Below are positions 37,131-47,100 of a stretch of DNA of 64,000 bases, in pieces. The translations under genes were made by a program, and so were the position numbers. The notes beneath the pieces were generated by a model. The model was not told the DNA's origin, made no database searches, and saw only the letters and a list, made by a program, of their open reading frames with translations. Source of the stretch: an uncultured Methanosarcinales archaeon (GTDB lineage: Archaea > Nanobdellota > Nanobdellia > Woesearchaeales > GW2011-AR9); assembly GCA_964604645.1 (NCBI GenBank), contig CAZRZP010000001.1, positions 9,394 to 73,393 of the forward strand, given 5' to 3'. Each line of letters starts with the position of its first letter. Within the stretch, counting starts at the first letter, position 1.

Positions 37131-38156
37131 ATGCGTGTATTAACTCATAAAAGTCCGGAATTATCTCTAGATAAGAAAGATTGGAGAATTGTTCAAGAAA
37201 TTGCTAATAACATTAGACAACCTATTTCTCTGATAGCTAAAAAATGTTTACTCTCCAGACAATCGGTTGAATATCGGTTAAAACAATTAAATAAAAATAA
37301 TTTAATTATAGGATCAAGGACAGTTATTAATAATTACAAGCTTGGTTACAAATCATATCATATTTTTCTAGAAGTTCACACGCCAAATGAAGAGAAAAAG
37401 ATTTTAAAGAGAGCACAGGCAGCGAAATTTGTTAATGCAATAATAGTTTATAGTGGGAAATATAATTTAGAAATATCCATCATGGCTAGAGACGAAGCAG
37501 AATTTCTTAATTATTATCAACAATTAATATCGGATGTTAGAATTAGAAATGATGTAGTTCTTGTATTGTTAAAAGGCTTAAAATCTGAAGTCTTACCTAA
37601 AAAATGTTTTCCAGAATTAAAAGAATTGGCAGTTGAAAAATTTGAAAAGTCTGAAAAATCTGTAAAAAAACAAAAAAAGAAAGATTTTAGCGTGGACAAA
37701 AATGATTTAATTATTTTATATCAACTTTCTCAAAATTCTCAAATAAGCAATTTAGATTTAGCAAAAAAATTAAAATTGTCTAAAGATACAATTAAATACA
37801 GGATCAATAAATTAGAAAGTGAAAAATTAATTTTACAATATCGTCCTGTAATTAATTATTCTGTTCTTGGATTTTCTATAAACTCAGTGTTGATTAAAAC
37901 TAACCATAATCCACAAGACATTGAGAAGTTTGAAAATAACGTTAAGAATCACAATTCTATTTTATGGGCAACTAAGACTTTTGGCTATTATAATTATATT
38001 GTGTATGTAATCACTAAAGATCTGGAAGAATTCCACGAAGTAATTAATGATATGAAAGAAAATTTTGGTAATGTAATGAAAACTTATGAGATTCTATTTG
38101 CATTTAAAGAATTAAAGTATAATTTTATGGCAGAGAGTATTGTTGAGAACTATTGA
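37131..38156 (+). CDS. tandem-duplicated Lrp/AsnC-family regulator (two HTH plus RAM units in one polypeptide)
   Basis: Unit 1 is 'DKKDWRIVQEIANNIRQPISLIAKKCLLSRQSVEYRLKQLNKNNLI'. Unit 2 is 'DKNDLIILYQLSQNSQISNLDLAKKLKLSKDTIKYRINKLESEKLI'. Each is followed by a RAM-like domain. Confidence 0.6.
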   Translation: MRVLTHKSPELSLDKKDWRIVQEIANNIRQPISLIAKKCLLSRQSVEYRLKQLNKNNLIIGSRTVINNYKLGYKSYHIFLEVHTPNEEKKILKRAQAAKFVNAIIVYSGKYNLEISIMARDEAEFLNYYQQLISDVRIRNDVVLVLLKGLKSEVLPKKCFPELKELAVEKFEKSEKSVKKQKKKDFSVDKNDLIILYQLSQNSQISNLDLAKKLKLSKDTIKYRINKLESEKLILQYRPVINYSVLGFSINSVLIKTNHNPQDIEKFENNVKNHNSILWATKTFGYYNYIVYVITKDLEEFHEVINDMKENFGNVMKTYEILFAFKELKYNFMAESIVENY

Positions 38157-38248
38157 AAACCGTTTAAAATATTAAAACGCCAGCCAGTTTGTTCTTCAAC
38201 AGTAATAACAAACGAAAGAAATATAAACTGGGCTGATTTATTCAATGA

Positions 38249-39064
38249 ATGGTAACTTATTTTAAAGATTTTGAAGAAGGATTGCTTGATAATGAACAAA
38301 CATTACATGATAAACCTCGTGATATTAACTCAAATCAAGTTGCTGATGCTTTAGAAGAATTTGTTAACAACTACTATTGGTCTAAAGACTTAACTGGCCA
38401 TGAATCTTTACAAAAAATTGAAAACGCGGTTGTTGAATTAGCAGTTCAAGGTCAACATTCTTCAAACGGAGTTTTAATGACTGATAGTGGATATTTCCTT
38501 ACTGCAAGTCATTGTGTTGATATGGGTAGAGATAGAGAATTATTTTCTGCAAACAAAGAAACTGGATATTCTTCACGCTCCCCATTTAGAATTCATCTTA
38601 ATGACGGAAGTAGTTATGCTGTCGAACATCTCTGTTGGGCCGATCCTAGTGAAGACGTAGCCATTGTTAAAGCTAACATGCCTGGTTCAGGAAATCCTTT
38701 CCGTTATAGTTTCATAAACCCAGGAGATTTAGATCTATTGAAAGATGCTCCAGCTTCTCATTTATCAAGATGGGATGGGAAACTTCATACACGTCGGGCT
38801 AGAATCAATAATAATCAAGAGTATCGTATAACTATGGTACGAAATGATGGTTCTACTTTTCAAATTAAAAACTATTTTACTTTAGATCATGTGAAAGGAT
38901 GCCCTGGTGATTCTGGAGGGTTAATTGTATCTCCTCATGGAAGATTAATGGGTTTATTATCTGGTGGAAGTTTAGAGGGGTCTGGCTTAATGTTGGGTGT
39001 AAAAGTAGAATGGGCTTTAGGTTTAGTAAGAAAATATGCTCAACACTTAAGGAGTAATGCCTAA
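38249..39064 (+). CDS. trypsin-like (S1 family) serine protease without a signal peptide
   Basis: His motif 'LTASHCV' and Ser motif 'GDSGGLIV'. No N-terminal hydrophobic segment. Confidence 0.65.
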   Translation: MVTYFKDFEEGLLDNEQTLHDKPRDINSNQVADALEEFVNNYYWSKDLTGHESLQKIENAVVELAVQGQHSSNGVLMTDSGYFLTASHCVDMGRDRELFSANKETGYSSRSPFRIHLNDGSSYAVEHLCWADPSEDVAIVKANMPGSGNPFRYSFINPGDLDLLKDAPASHLSRWDGKLHTRRARINNNQEYRITMVRNDGSTFQIKNYFTLDHVKGCPGDSGGLIVSPHGRLMGLLSGGSLEGSGLMLGVKVEWALGLVRKYAQHLRSNA

Positions 39065-39169
39065 TTATACTATTTACGGCTTAATCCTGCCAAATCTTGC
39101 CAAAAGATTTTTAAACCACTTACTTTCTAATGCTAAAATAACGGTATTAATGGAAATACTGCTAAAATA

Positions 39170-39478
39170 ATGAAAATTCCAAAATCAATAAAGCGATTAT
39201 GTGTGAAGTGTAAGAACCATACCGATCACAAAGTTGCTCAAAATAAGAAAAGGACACCAAGCGCTCTAAGTAAAGGTTCTAAATATCGTGCTCGTCTACG
39301 TGGTTTAGCGCGTGGATTAGGTGGCAGAGGCCGCTATTCCAAGCCAGCTGTAACTAAATGGAAAAGAACTGGAGCTAAAAGTACTAAAAAAACAGATTTA
39401 AGGTATACTTGTTCTAAATGTAAAAAAGCAAGTTGTCAGAAATCAGGCATTAGAGCAAAGAAAGTGGAGTTCATATAA
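39170..39478 (+). CDS. rpl44e: 50S ribosomal protein L44e
   Basis: 'CVKCKNHTDH...KKTDLRYTCSKCKKA' is the L44e zinc ribbon. The archaeal rpl44e-rps27e pair is conserved. Confidence 0.85.
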   Translation: MKIPKSIKRLCVKCKNHTDHKVAQNKKRTPSALSKGSKYRARLRGLARGLGGRGRYSKPAVTKWKRTGAKSTKKTDLRYTCSKCKKASCQKSGIRAKKVEFI

Positions 39479-39479
39479 A

Positions 39480-39647
39480 ATGGCAAATAAATATCTCAAA
39501 GTAAGATGTGCAAAGTGTAAAAACGAACAAATTATTTTTAGTAAAGTTAGCTCAAAAGTTGAATGCCTTGTTTGTAGCAAAGAAATGGCAACTCCAACTG
39601 GTGGCAAGTCTAAGATTTCCGCTCGTCTTTTGGAAATTCTCGAATAA
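39480..39647 (+). CDS. rps27e: 30S ribosomal protein S27e (55 aa, absent from the ORF track)
   Basis: Translation 'MANKYLKVRCAKCKNEQIIFSKVSSKVECLVCSKEMATPTGGKSKISARLLEILE' shows the C4 zinc finger and 'PTGGK' motif of S27e. It starts 2 nt after the rpl44e stop. Confidence 0.8.
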   Translation: MANKYLKVRCAKCKNEQIIFSKVSSKVECLVCSKEMATPTGGKSKISARLLEILE

Positions 39648-41532
39648 TTTTATATTTTTCAACTCCTTTATGGTAGAGTTGACAAGGTTCTGAACAGAAC
39701 CATAATTTTCCTTCTTCAATTCCTTCTCCAATCTCTTCTTTTTTACCACAATGTGGATCTTTTCTAGAACCGTAATTTTTCTTTACGGTTACCTCTTTTT
39801 TCCCACTTCTTATTTTTCTCTCTTTTCCTCTTCCTTTAATTATAAAAATAATTATTACAGTTGAAGCAATTACTGCCAACAATATCCAGATAATTATATT
39901 GTCTCCAACAACATCAGCTTTATCAAAAATTGCTTTTCCTGAAATTGCTCCTGATACTAGTTGCTCACAGCTTCTTTCTGTTTCTAATTCTCTTTCAATT
40001 TCACATTTATTCAACTCAACGCAGGTTCTTTTCTGAACACCACTTACGCAAGTTCTCGGGTACCATAGAGTACATTCCCAATCGGGCTGACATAAACAGA
40101 TTTGTGTATCTATATATTCAACAGCACTACAATCTAAACTTGTATTGATGCATGCCCTTTGCTGGTAACCATTTTCTCCACATTCTTCTGGGAACCAATC
40201 CACACAACTTGTCTTCTCTTGACAACCTCCTGTTTTCTTTACCGCAATAACAAAGAAACTAAATCCTTCGGAATAAGATTTGAAATAAGCAAAAGTTCCG
40301 TCTTCTCCAGTTTTTGTGGTGCCTAACTCTTCCCATTTATTGTTCTTAAAACGGTAAAGACTTACTGCTTCATGTTCAAATCCTTTATTGTTTAGCCAAG
40401 ATAATTCTACTCTAAAATCAAAATTTGAAGCTCTTGGAGATGTATCGTCAGACAGTTTCAGTTCATAATAATTAAGTACAATTGCTGGTGGAGAAATTGA
40501 AATCCCTAAAGGTTTTCGATCAAATTTTTTGATACTAAACACACTCTCAGCTGGCTTATCCATTAATGTTGTTACTGTAAAGATGTCTATGCCTTCTTCT
40601 TTTATGTTGATTTCATTTTCTCCTTGTTTAAAGATTGTTGATTGTTCGGATTGTGCTATTACTTTTTCAGGAACGATTAAAGAGGCCGCCGCTGTACCTG
40701 CAGCTGCAGCACCGCCGCCTCCACCGCCTCCGCCGCCACCACCACCAATGACGACGGTTGTAGTTGTATCTGGACACGTTCCACAATCAGCTGTACAGGA
40801 AGAACAACTTTCTCCAGCATTACAAGTTGCATCTCCACAAAAATTAGCTACTTCTGTGATGTTTAGGGTCACATTATTTGAATCTACAGTTAATGAAGAA
40901 TCGTTTGCTGTAAATATTGCCCAACTATTGCCAAAGAAATCTGTGTCTGGTTTGAATGAAACTTCATTTAATCCATTAATGGTTACATTAACATTATCTC
41001 CGAACCTAACTGTAAACTTAAGATAATCTCCTTCTGGATCAGAGAAATAATCATCCAAGTCAAGCCCGGTTAAGGTAACGTCTTCTTCCCAACTCTGGTT
41101 TGGAATTATTGTATCTAAAGTTGGGGCAGTATTGCTGAAGTTAATGAAGAATGAAGTTGATGCGTTCCTTGGACATCCTGACACGTTATCATGTACAGTT
41201 ACTTCAACACTTAAATTACCTGTCTGTGTGTGATTTGATGTGAAATTTATCACTCCATTGCTTGAATTTACATCCAAGAATGAATAATTGGCAAAATATT
41301 GAAGAGAATTATTATCTGAATCATTTCCTCTTGCTGTGAATGTTACAGTCGTATTTGCTCCAGCCACTTGATTGGTAATTGAATTGATTGTTGGAGGGGT
41401 ATTGATACATATATTGGATTCACCAGTTGATGTTGTATAACCTGTAATGTTAACCATAGCAAAAAAATTAACTATGTTTAATACAGTCAAAACTAATGCC
41501 AAAGCTATAACTATCCTCTTTTTCAAGTACAT
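39610..41532 (-). CDS. cell-surface protein: signal peptide, Ig-like 'PPTINSI' module, poly-Gly/Ala linker, Cys-rich domain, C-terminal TM plus short cytoplasmic tail
   Basis: N-terminal 'MYLKKRIVIALALVLTVLNIV'. 'NTPPTINSITNQ' is shared with the 44148 giant protein. 'GGGGGGGGGGGGAAAAGTAAA'. TM 'IIIWILLAVIASTVIIIFII'. Many N-x-S/T sequons. Confidence 0.5.
   Translation of the reverse strand: MYLKKRIVIALALVLTVLNIVNFFAMVNITGYTTSTGESNICINTPPTINSITNQVAGANTTVTFTARGNDSDNNSLQYFANYSFLDVNSSNGVINFTSNHTQTGNLSVEVTVHDNVSGCPRNASTSFFINFSNTAPTLDTIIPNQSWEEDVTLTGLDLDDYFSDPEGDYLKFTVRFGDNVNVTINGLNEVSFKPDTDFFGNSWAIFTANDSSLTVDSNNVTLNITEVANFCGDATCNAGESCSSCTADCGTCPDTTTTVVIGGGGGGGGGGGGAAAAGTAAASLIVPEKVIAQSEQSTIFKQGENEINIKEEGIDIFTVTTLMDKPAESVFSIKKFDRKPLGISISPPAIVLNYYELKLSDDTSPRASNFDFRVELSWLNNKGFEHEAVSLYRFKNNKWEELGTTKTGEDGTFAYFKSYSEGFSFFVIAVKKTGGCQEKTSCVDWFPEECGENGYQQRACINTSLDCSAVEYIDTQICLCQPDWECTLWYPRTCVSGVQKRTCVELNKCEIERELETERSCEQLVSGAISGKAIFDKADVVGDNIIIWILLAVIASTVIIIFIIKGRGKERKIRSGKKEVTVKKNYGSRKDPHCGKKEEIGEGIEEGKLWFCSEPCQLYHKGVEKYKIIREFPKDERKS
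40683..40750. repeat. GGN/GCN simple-sequence repeat encoding the poly-Gly/Ala linker
   Basis: 'gccgccgctgtacctgcagctgcagcaccgccgcctccaccgcctccgccgccaccaccacc' on the plus strand. Confidence 0.5.
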
Positions 41533-41647
41533 TCTTTCCTAACTAAAGAATTGTTGTATAAATAATTATCTTTTTTTTGCTTCTTTAAGAAGGAAATTAT
41601 TTGTGCCACTGAGAACATTTATAAATCAGCTAAATTCTTATTAGAAA

Positions 41648-42421
41648 ATGCTCTATAAACGTAAAGGAATGCCAGAAGAAGGTGAAATAGTCTTATGCAA
41701 AGTAACTAAAATATACCCTAATTCGGTATTTGTAGATCTTTTAGAGTTTAATGATTCGGGGATGATTCATATCTCAGAAGTATCTCCTGGAAGAATTCGA
41801 AATTTACGTGAATTTGTTTCAGTTGGCAGACAAATTGTTTGTAAAGTTCTTAGAATTCACCTTGATAGGGGACATATTGACTTATCATTACGAAGAGTAA
41901 ATTCTAGTCAAAGGAGAGAAAAATTAGATGAAATTAAGCAAGAATTAAAATCAGAGCAACTTGTCCTAAATTTAGCGAAAAAATTGAATAAAGATGGCAG
42001 AACATTGTATAAAGAGATTAGTGCTAAAGTATTTAGTGACTATTCGCATCTTTACCTTTGCTTTCGTGATGTGGTGGAGGATTCAGCTGATTTAAAGAAA
42101 ATTGGTATCCCTGCCGAAATTGCAAAAGAACTAAAAGACGCAATTCTGGATAAATTTAAACCAAGTAGCATTTTCATAAAAGGGGAAATTAAAATAATGA
42201 CTTATGATTCAAATGGATTAAAAAAGATAAAAACATTCTTAAAAGAAATCGAAGATGTTTCCTCAACAATTTCTTTACAATATCTCGGTGCTGGTCGTTA
42301 TAAATTCGTCATTGAAGATTTGGATTATAAGCCTGCTGAAGAGAATTTAACTAAAATTAATTCAATCATCGAGTCCTTTACTGATAAAGTTTCTTCTGCT
42401 ACTTTAGAAAGAGAAAAGTAA
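41648..42421 (+). CDS. eif2a: translation initiation factor 2 alpha subunit
   Basis: S1 domain 'GEIVLCKVTKIYPNSVFVDLLEFNDSGMIHISEVS..RIRNLREFV'. Followed by nop10 as in most archaea. Confidence 0.85.
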   Translation: MLYKRKGMPEEGEIVLCKVTKIYPNSVFVDLLEFNDSGMIHISEVSPGRIRNLREFVSVGRQIVCKVLRIHLDRGHIDLSLRRVNSSQRREKLDEIKQELKSEQLVLNLAKKLNKDGRTLYKEISAKVFSDYSHLYLCFRDVVEDSADLKKIGIPAEIAKELKDAILDKFKPSSIFIKGEIKIMTYDSNGLKKIKTFLKEIEDVSSTISLQYLGAGRYKFVIEDLDYKPAEENLTKINSIIESFTDKVSSATLEREK

Positions 42422-42422
42422 A

Positions 42423-42596
42423 ATGTCTCTTCATAAATGTGGTGCCTGTAATAAGTACACTTTAAAATTAAAATGTCCTGTTTGCTCTGAGCCTACTTTT
42501 GTTCCTCGTCCACCTAAATTTTCTCCAGATGACAGGCTTGCTGTTTATCGCAGAGATGCTAAAAGAAAAGATTACCAAGAAAGAAAGTTAATTTAG
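42423..42596 (+). CDS. nop10: H/ACA ribonucleoprotein subunit Nop10 (57 aa, absent from the ORF track)
   Basis: Translation 'MSLHKCGACNKYTLKLKCPVCSEPTFVPRPPKFSPDDRLAVYRRDAKRKDYQERKLI' shows the zinc ribbon plus 'P.RFSPDD' motif of Nop10. It starts 2 nt after the eif2a stop. Confidence 0.8.
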   Translation: MSLHKCGACNKYTLKLKCPVCSEPTFVPRPPKFSPDDRLAVYRRDAKRKDYQERKLI

Positions 42597-42623
42597 TTGC
42601 TCTGTATTGTTAGAAAAACTATT

Positions 42624-43379
42624 CTAACCCAAATTTAGATTAAGTGATTCTCCACTCACTCCAAGCCCAGCTGCTTCTCCTTCTAAATTTAGTGTGGATT
42701 GTGTGGAATTATCTCTTTTATTCACAACAAATTTTCCAGTATAGGAATCAATGAAAATTTCTTCGTTTTGCAATTGATATTCTAGCTTGTTGTCAACGTT
42801 CAACTTTCCACTTCCACTATCTAATGAAAGAGTTGTTAATTCAATTGAATCCATTGCTATAAAATAATAATTCAAATTTTCAAAAGCTATGCTGATATCT
42901 TTTGGTGAAGAAAGAGCCACTTCGTTTATTTCTATTCTCTTTGCTTTCCCATTTAACGATAATCCAACTCCAGAAAAATCAAATTCTCCTACGAAACCTT
43001 CAATGTTAAGTGATACGTCTCCTAAATTATTCATCTCTAATTTATCATCATTTACTGTTATTGTTTTTGAAAGGTCATCAAAACGCAATTCCATGTTGCT
43101 AACTTTTGCAGTTTGTTTAAAGCCGGGAACTTTGTCAAAATTTAATGCTAAATCTATTATGTTACTATTCTTATTAACATTTTTCACCGCTTCCTTATTG
43201 GAATTTACAACTTTATCTGCTTCCGGACTTTTGTTAGTAAGAATTCCTATTGCTGCTGTTGTTAAGTCAATGGATCCTTCATCGTTATTTGAAAGTAGGA
43301 GTATAAAAATTCCTCCAATGACTAGAGTAATAAGGATTATGTAAAATCTGGTGTGATGTCTTCCTGCATGGGCAACCAT
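42624..43379 (-). CDS. N-terminally anchored or secreted hypothetical protein
   Basis: TM 'FYIILITLVIGGIFILLLS' followed by a beta-rich Asn/Ser/Leu-rich domain. Confidence 0.35.
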   Translation of the reverse strand: MVAHAGRHHTRFYIILITLVIGGIFILLLSNNDEGSIDLTTAAIGILTNKSPEADKVVNSNKEAVKNVNKNSNIIDLALNFDKVPGFKQTAKVSNMELRFDDLSKTITVNDDKLEMNNLGDVSLNIEGFVGEFDFSGVGLSLNGKAKRIEINEVALSSPKDISIAFENLNYYFIAMDSIELTTLSLDSGSGKLNVDNKLEYQLQNEEIFIDSYTGKFVVNKRDNSTQSTLNLEGEAAGLGVSGESLNLNLG

Positions 43380-43639
43380 ATGTCTTCCCTCGTTTTTGCA
43401 ATTAGAAGTAGATTATCTTTAATAAGCTTTTTGGTGATGCGGCCAAGTTCGGAAATTTAATTGTTGTTTGTTTTGGGTAAGATTTATTTTTAAATTCATT
43501 ATTTTTTCACTTTATATTTTTACTACATGCTGGCTTTTTTATTTTTTATTTTATTAACCATAAATCTCTGTTAATTGTTCATCTTTAATATTTTAAATTA
43601 GGAATTAATTACTACATAGCCTTATTATTTTTCTATTTT

Positions 43640-43662
43640 ATGGAAACTTATATAAATGTTAA
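43640..43662 (+). promoter_or_regulatory. putative BRE/TATA promoter for the surface-module operon
   Basis: 'ggaaacttatataaatg' is centred about 26 nt upstream of the GTG start at 43678. It is preceded by about 300 nt of AT-rich intergenic DNA. Confidence 0.4.
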
Positions 43663-43677
43663 AAAATTCCTCTACTT

Positions 43678-44151
43678 GTGTATTCAAAGCATAGAATAGA
43701 TCTAGTACAAGCAGTTTCCCAATTAGTAGGCTCTCTTTCTTTTGCTGAGAAGAGACACCTTTTTACTCAAATTTTATCAGAATCTAAACAAGTTGTTCCT
43801 CTAAGTATTTTTTCTGGTAAATTAGCAGGATTAGAAGCATTAGTTGTTTTCCTTAAAGATGAGCAAAAAAGATCAATTGCTGAAATTTCCAAATTGCTTG
43901 GCAGGAATAAGAGTACTTTATATTCAACCTATCATCAGGCAAAAAAGAAACTTATTGGAAAGCTGCCAAAACATGATTATACCATCTCTATTCCAATTGA
44001 CACTTTCTCTAATCGAAAATATTCAATTTTAGAATCATTGGTTGTTTTTCTGAAAGAACATTATCATCTTTCAATAAAAGAGATAGCAGAAAAAACTGGA
44101 AAGAAATACACTACAATTCATACGACATATTCAAGGTATAAAAAGAAATGA
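43678..44151 (+). CDS. small regulator with two tandem sigma-70 region-4/LuxR-like HTH units
   Basis: Repeat 1 is 'LEALVVFLKDEQKRSIAEISKLLGRNKSTLYSTYHQAKKKL'. Repeat 2 is 'LESLVVFLKEHYHLSIKEIAEKTGKKYTTIHTTYSRYKKK'. Its stop overlaps the ATG of the giant gene (ATGA). Confidence 0.5.
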   Translation: MYSKHRIDLVQAVSQLVGSLSFAEKRHLFTQILSESKQVVPLSIFSGKLAGLEALVVFLKDEQKRSIAEISKLLGRNKSTLYSTYHQAKKKLIGKLPKHDYTISIPIDTFSNRKYSILESLVVFLKEHYHLSIKEIAEKTGKKYTTIHTTYSRYKKK

Positions 44152-47100
44152 GCAAACAAAAAGTAAGTGAAAGTACAAAGAGAAAAAGAAGCGTTACTAG
44201 AAGAAAGACTTCAACAAATTGGACTTCAAGGAAGAAAGAAGTTGATAGTAGATTAAAGCTTCTAAGTAATCCAAAAGTTCCAACTTGTCCAACTGAGAAA
44301 TCTATAATCCCGCATGAAAAAATAAAGTCAGAGGGAAATATTTGGTTATTGTCTTCAATTGTAATAATTGTTATTCTTGCTGGTTTTACCTTTTTACTTT
44401 TTGATCCAAGTATTACTGGAGCTTTTAGCACTGCTGGTTTTGGGATTCTATTAACTGATGAAACAGATGATTTAGTTACTTTTTATGATGAGTTTTTAGA
44501 TGGTTTAACTAACAAAACAAGATGGTATAACTCAACTAGTTTAACATCAATGCATTTTATTGAAGATCAAATTATTATTAACACTTCATTAGCTAATAAC
44601 GCAGGAGATGGTTCCATAATAACTACTCAAAATTTGACAATGCATTCGTTTAATATCACTGCTAATGTTAGTTTACAAAATACTTCTTCCACTTTTAGTG
44701 TTGATTCATATACTCGTATCACAGTAGCCACATTTGACCAAATAACTCTTTTTCCAGAGACAACGTGTTCTTTGTTTTTAGAGGAGGCTTCCTCTGGAGC
44801 TTACGCATTATATTTTGGTAATTCAACTACTAGTAATCCTCCTCCTACAATTATTTCCAGTACATTAAGCGATTTTGGCAATAATCTTTCTGGTTTATTG
44901 AATATGGAATTTAAGAATGAAACTAACATGGTTAATTGTACTTTTACTGCTGGTGATAATTCAGTTACGATTGGAGGAGTAAGCAACGATCTTGGGCATG
45001 GTTATGGAGTTGGAATATTTGCAGAGTTAGGATTTCAAGGTGAAGGAGACCCTTCAGGAGATTTAAATGCAACTGTTTATGATTTTAATTATAGTTTAGC
45101 TCCTGCGGAAGTGGTTAATACTCCTCCTACAATCAATTCAATTATTTTAAACACTACTGATGTAAATTTAAATGATACTGAACAGAATGTAACTCTCTAT
45201 ATTGACGGGATTGATTCGGACGGAGATACTTTAAGAAATTTTACCACATGGATATTAAATAATTCTCCTTTAATGGAGTTTTATGTTCCATTTGAACCTT
45301 CAGGGGAATTAAATGCTACAGATTATGCTGATTTTGATAGTAATGGTTCTGCTGTCGGCGGAAGTCCATTTTGGAATTCAACCGGTGGTCATGACGGGGG
45401 CGGTGCTTGGCGATTTCCAGGAGGTTCAGATACAATTCTCCTTGCAGATGGAAATTTTCCTGACATCGGTGCAGGTAATTATACTTTGGATGTCTGGATT
45501 AGATTGAATACAACGGCAAATTATAAGACTATTTTTTCCCATAATAATTTTGATCCAGGTTTTTATGTTCATCAGGGATCCCTTATTGTCTACGATGGTG
45601 GAGATATAACTGGTGATACTGGTCTTGGTTTTACTGATGATTTGTGGCATCACGCAGCATTTGTCCGAAATTCGACAGGTACTAATGGTCTGAATTTTTA
45701 TCTTGATGGAGAGCCAGCTGGAGTTGCAACGCATTCAGCTTCTTTTCCTGCAATGACTGACTTGCGAGTTGGTTGGAGTTCAGCTGGTAATGAAAATTTT
45801 GATGGCCATATTGATGAACTAAAATGGTGGAATATACCCTTAACTTTGCAACAAATTCAAGCAATTTATCGTAATGGAACTAATATTATTGTTTCTTCAG
45901 AAACAACTGCTGGTCAGAACTGGACAGCTGATGTAACTCTTAACGATGGAACAGGGGATAGTGCAACAGCTAGAAGTAATCAATTGATAATTACTGACGG
46001 TGGTGGTGCTCCAGCCGGCAGTGGAACTCTCTCAATTAACAGAACTTTCCCTTACCTCAACTCAACCAGCCGAAAACAAAATGAAACGTTCAACATGACT
46101 TACAACCTTTCATGTGCTGATGATGATTGTTCAGATATTTCTGTTTCATTGGAATTCAACCCTCTAAATAATTCTAATTTTGAATATGGTATTAATGGTT
46201 GGGAAACTGGCGGAGACGGTGAATGGTTTGCTACTGAAACTTTCCCTCAAGACAGTGCAGCAAGTACACAGTCGGGAGCCATTTCAGATAATGAAATCAC
46301 TTGGATAAACCAAAGTGTTTATGTAAATCAAAGTGCTCAATTAGTATTCTATTGGAATGTAAGTTCAGAAAATACTTTTGATTACTTGTTATGGTGTCCT
46401 GACGCTCCAAGTTGTACAAGAACTGCTGGCTATGAATCTAGAATCTCTGGATCAACCGCAATGGCCAAAGTTACTTACGACCTAACTGCAGGAGCACATC
46501 AACTTATTTGGAAGTATGCTAAAGATTCTAGCAATCCGGTTGGAGCGGACGCAGGATGGGTTGATAACATCACTGTTTTTTCTAGAGTACCTAATGGTAC
46601 AAATGCATCACCTTTCAAAACTATGGTTACTAATATTCAGAATAAAACATATTCAAGTTGTTTAGGCTCTTTGTCTGTAGATGGTAGTTGTACTTTTGCT
46701 TTTATCATTAATTCTACTGGTCAAATAAATGAGTCACACGACTTACGTGTTTCAGTAACATCAAGTGATTCTGGTGTTGATGCTATTAATACAACTATTT
46801 TGAATGTTACAATTAACAATTCCGCTCCAGCATCTCCAGATACCACTCCACCTCTTCTTTATGTAGATTTTCCAGAGAATAATACTAAGTATGGTAGAGA
46901 ACGAGTTTGGTTAAATTTTACTGTGTCTGATGAAACTGAATTAGATCAATGTTGGTTCACTATTTTTAATGGTTCTAATTCCACCTTAGGTGGGTGCTCT
47001 AATATCTCATTTACACCAGGTAGAGGACCATTTAATTTAACAATTTACGCTAATGATAGTTCTAACAATCTTAATATTACTGGTCCTATTAATTTTAGCA

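Noticed and set aside
40529-41026. 165-aa plus-strand ORF encoding a poly-Pro stretch.
   Set aside because: It is the antisense reading of the poly-Gly-encoding GGN repeat in the 39610-41532 surface gene, not an independent gene.
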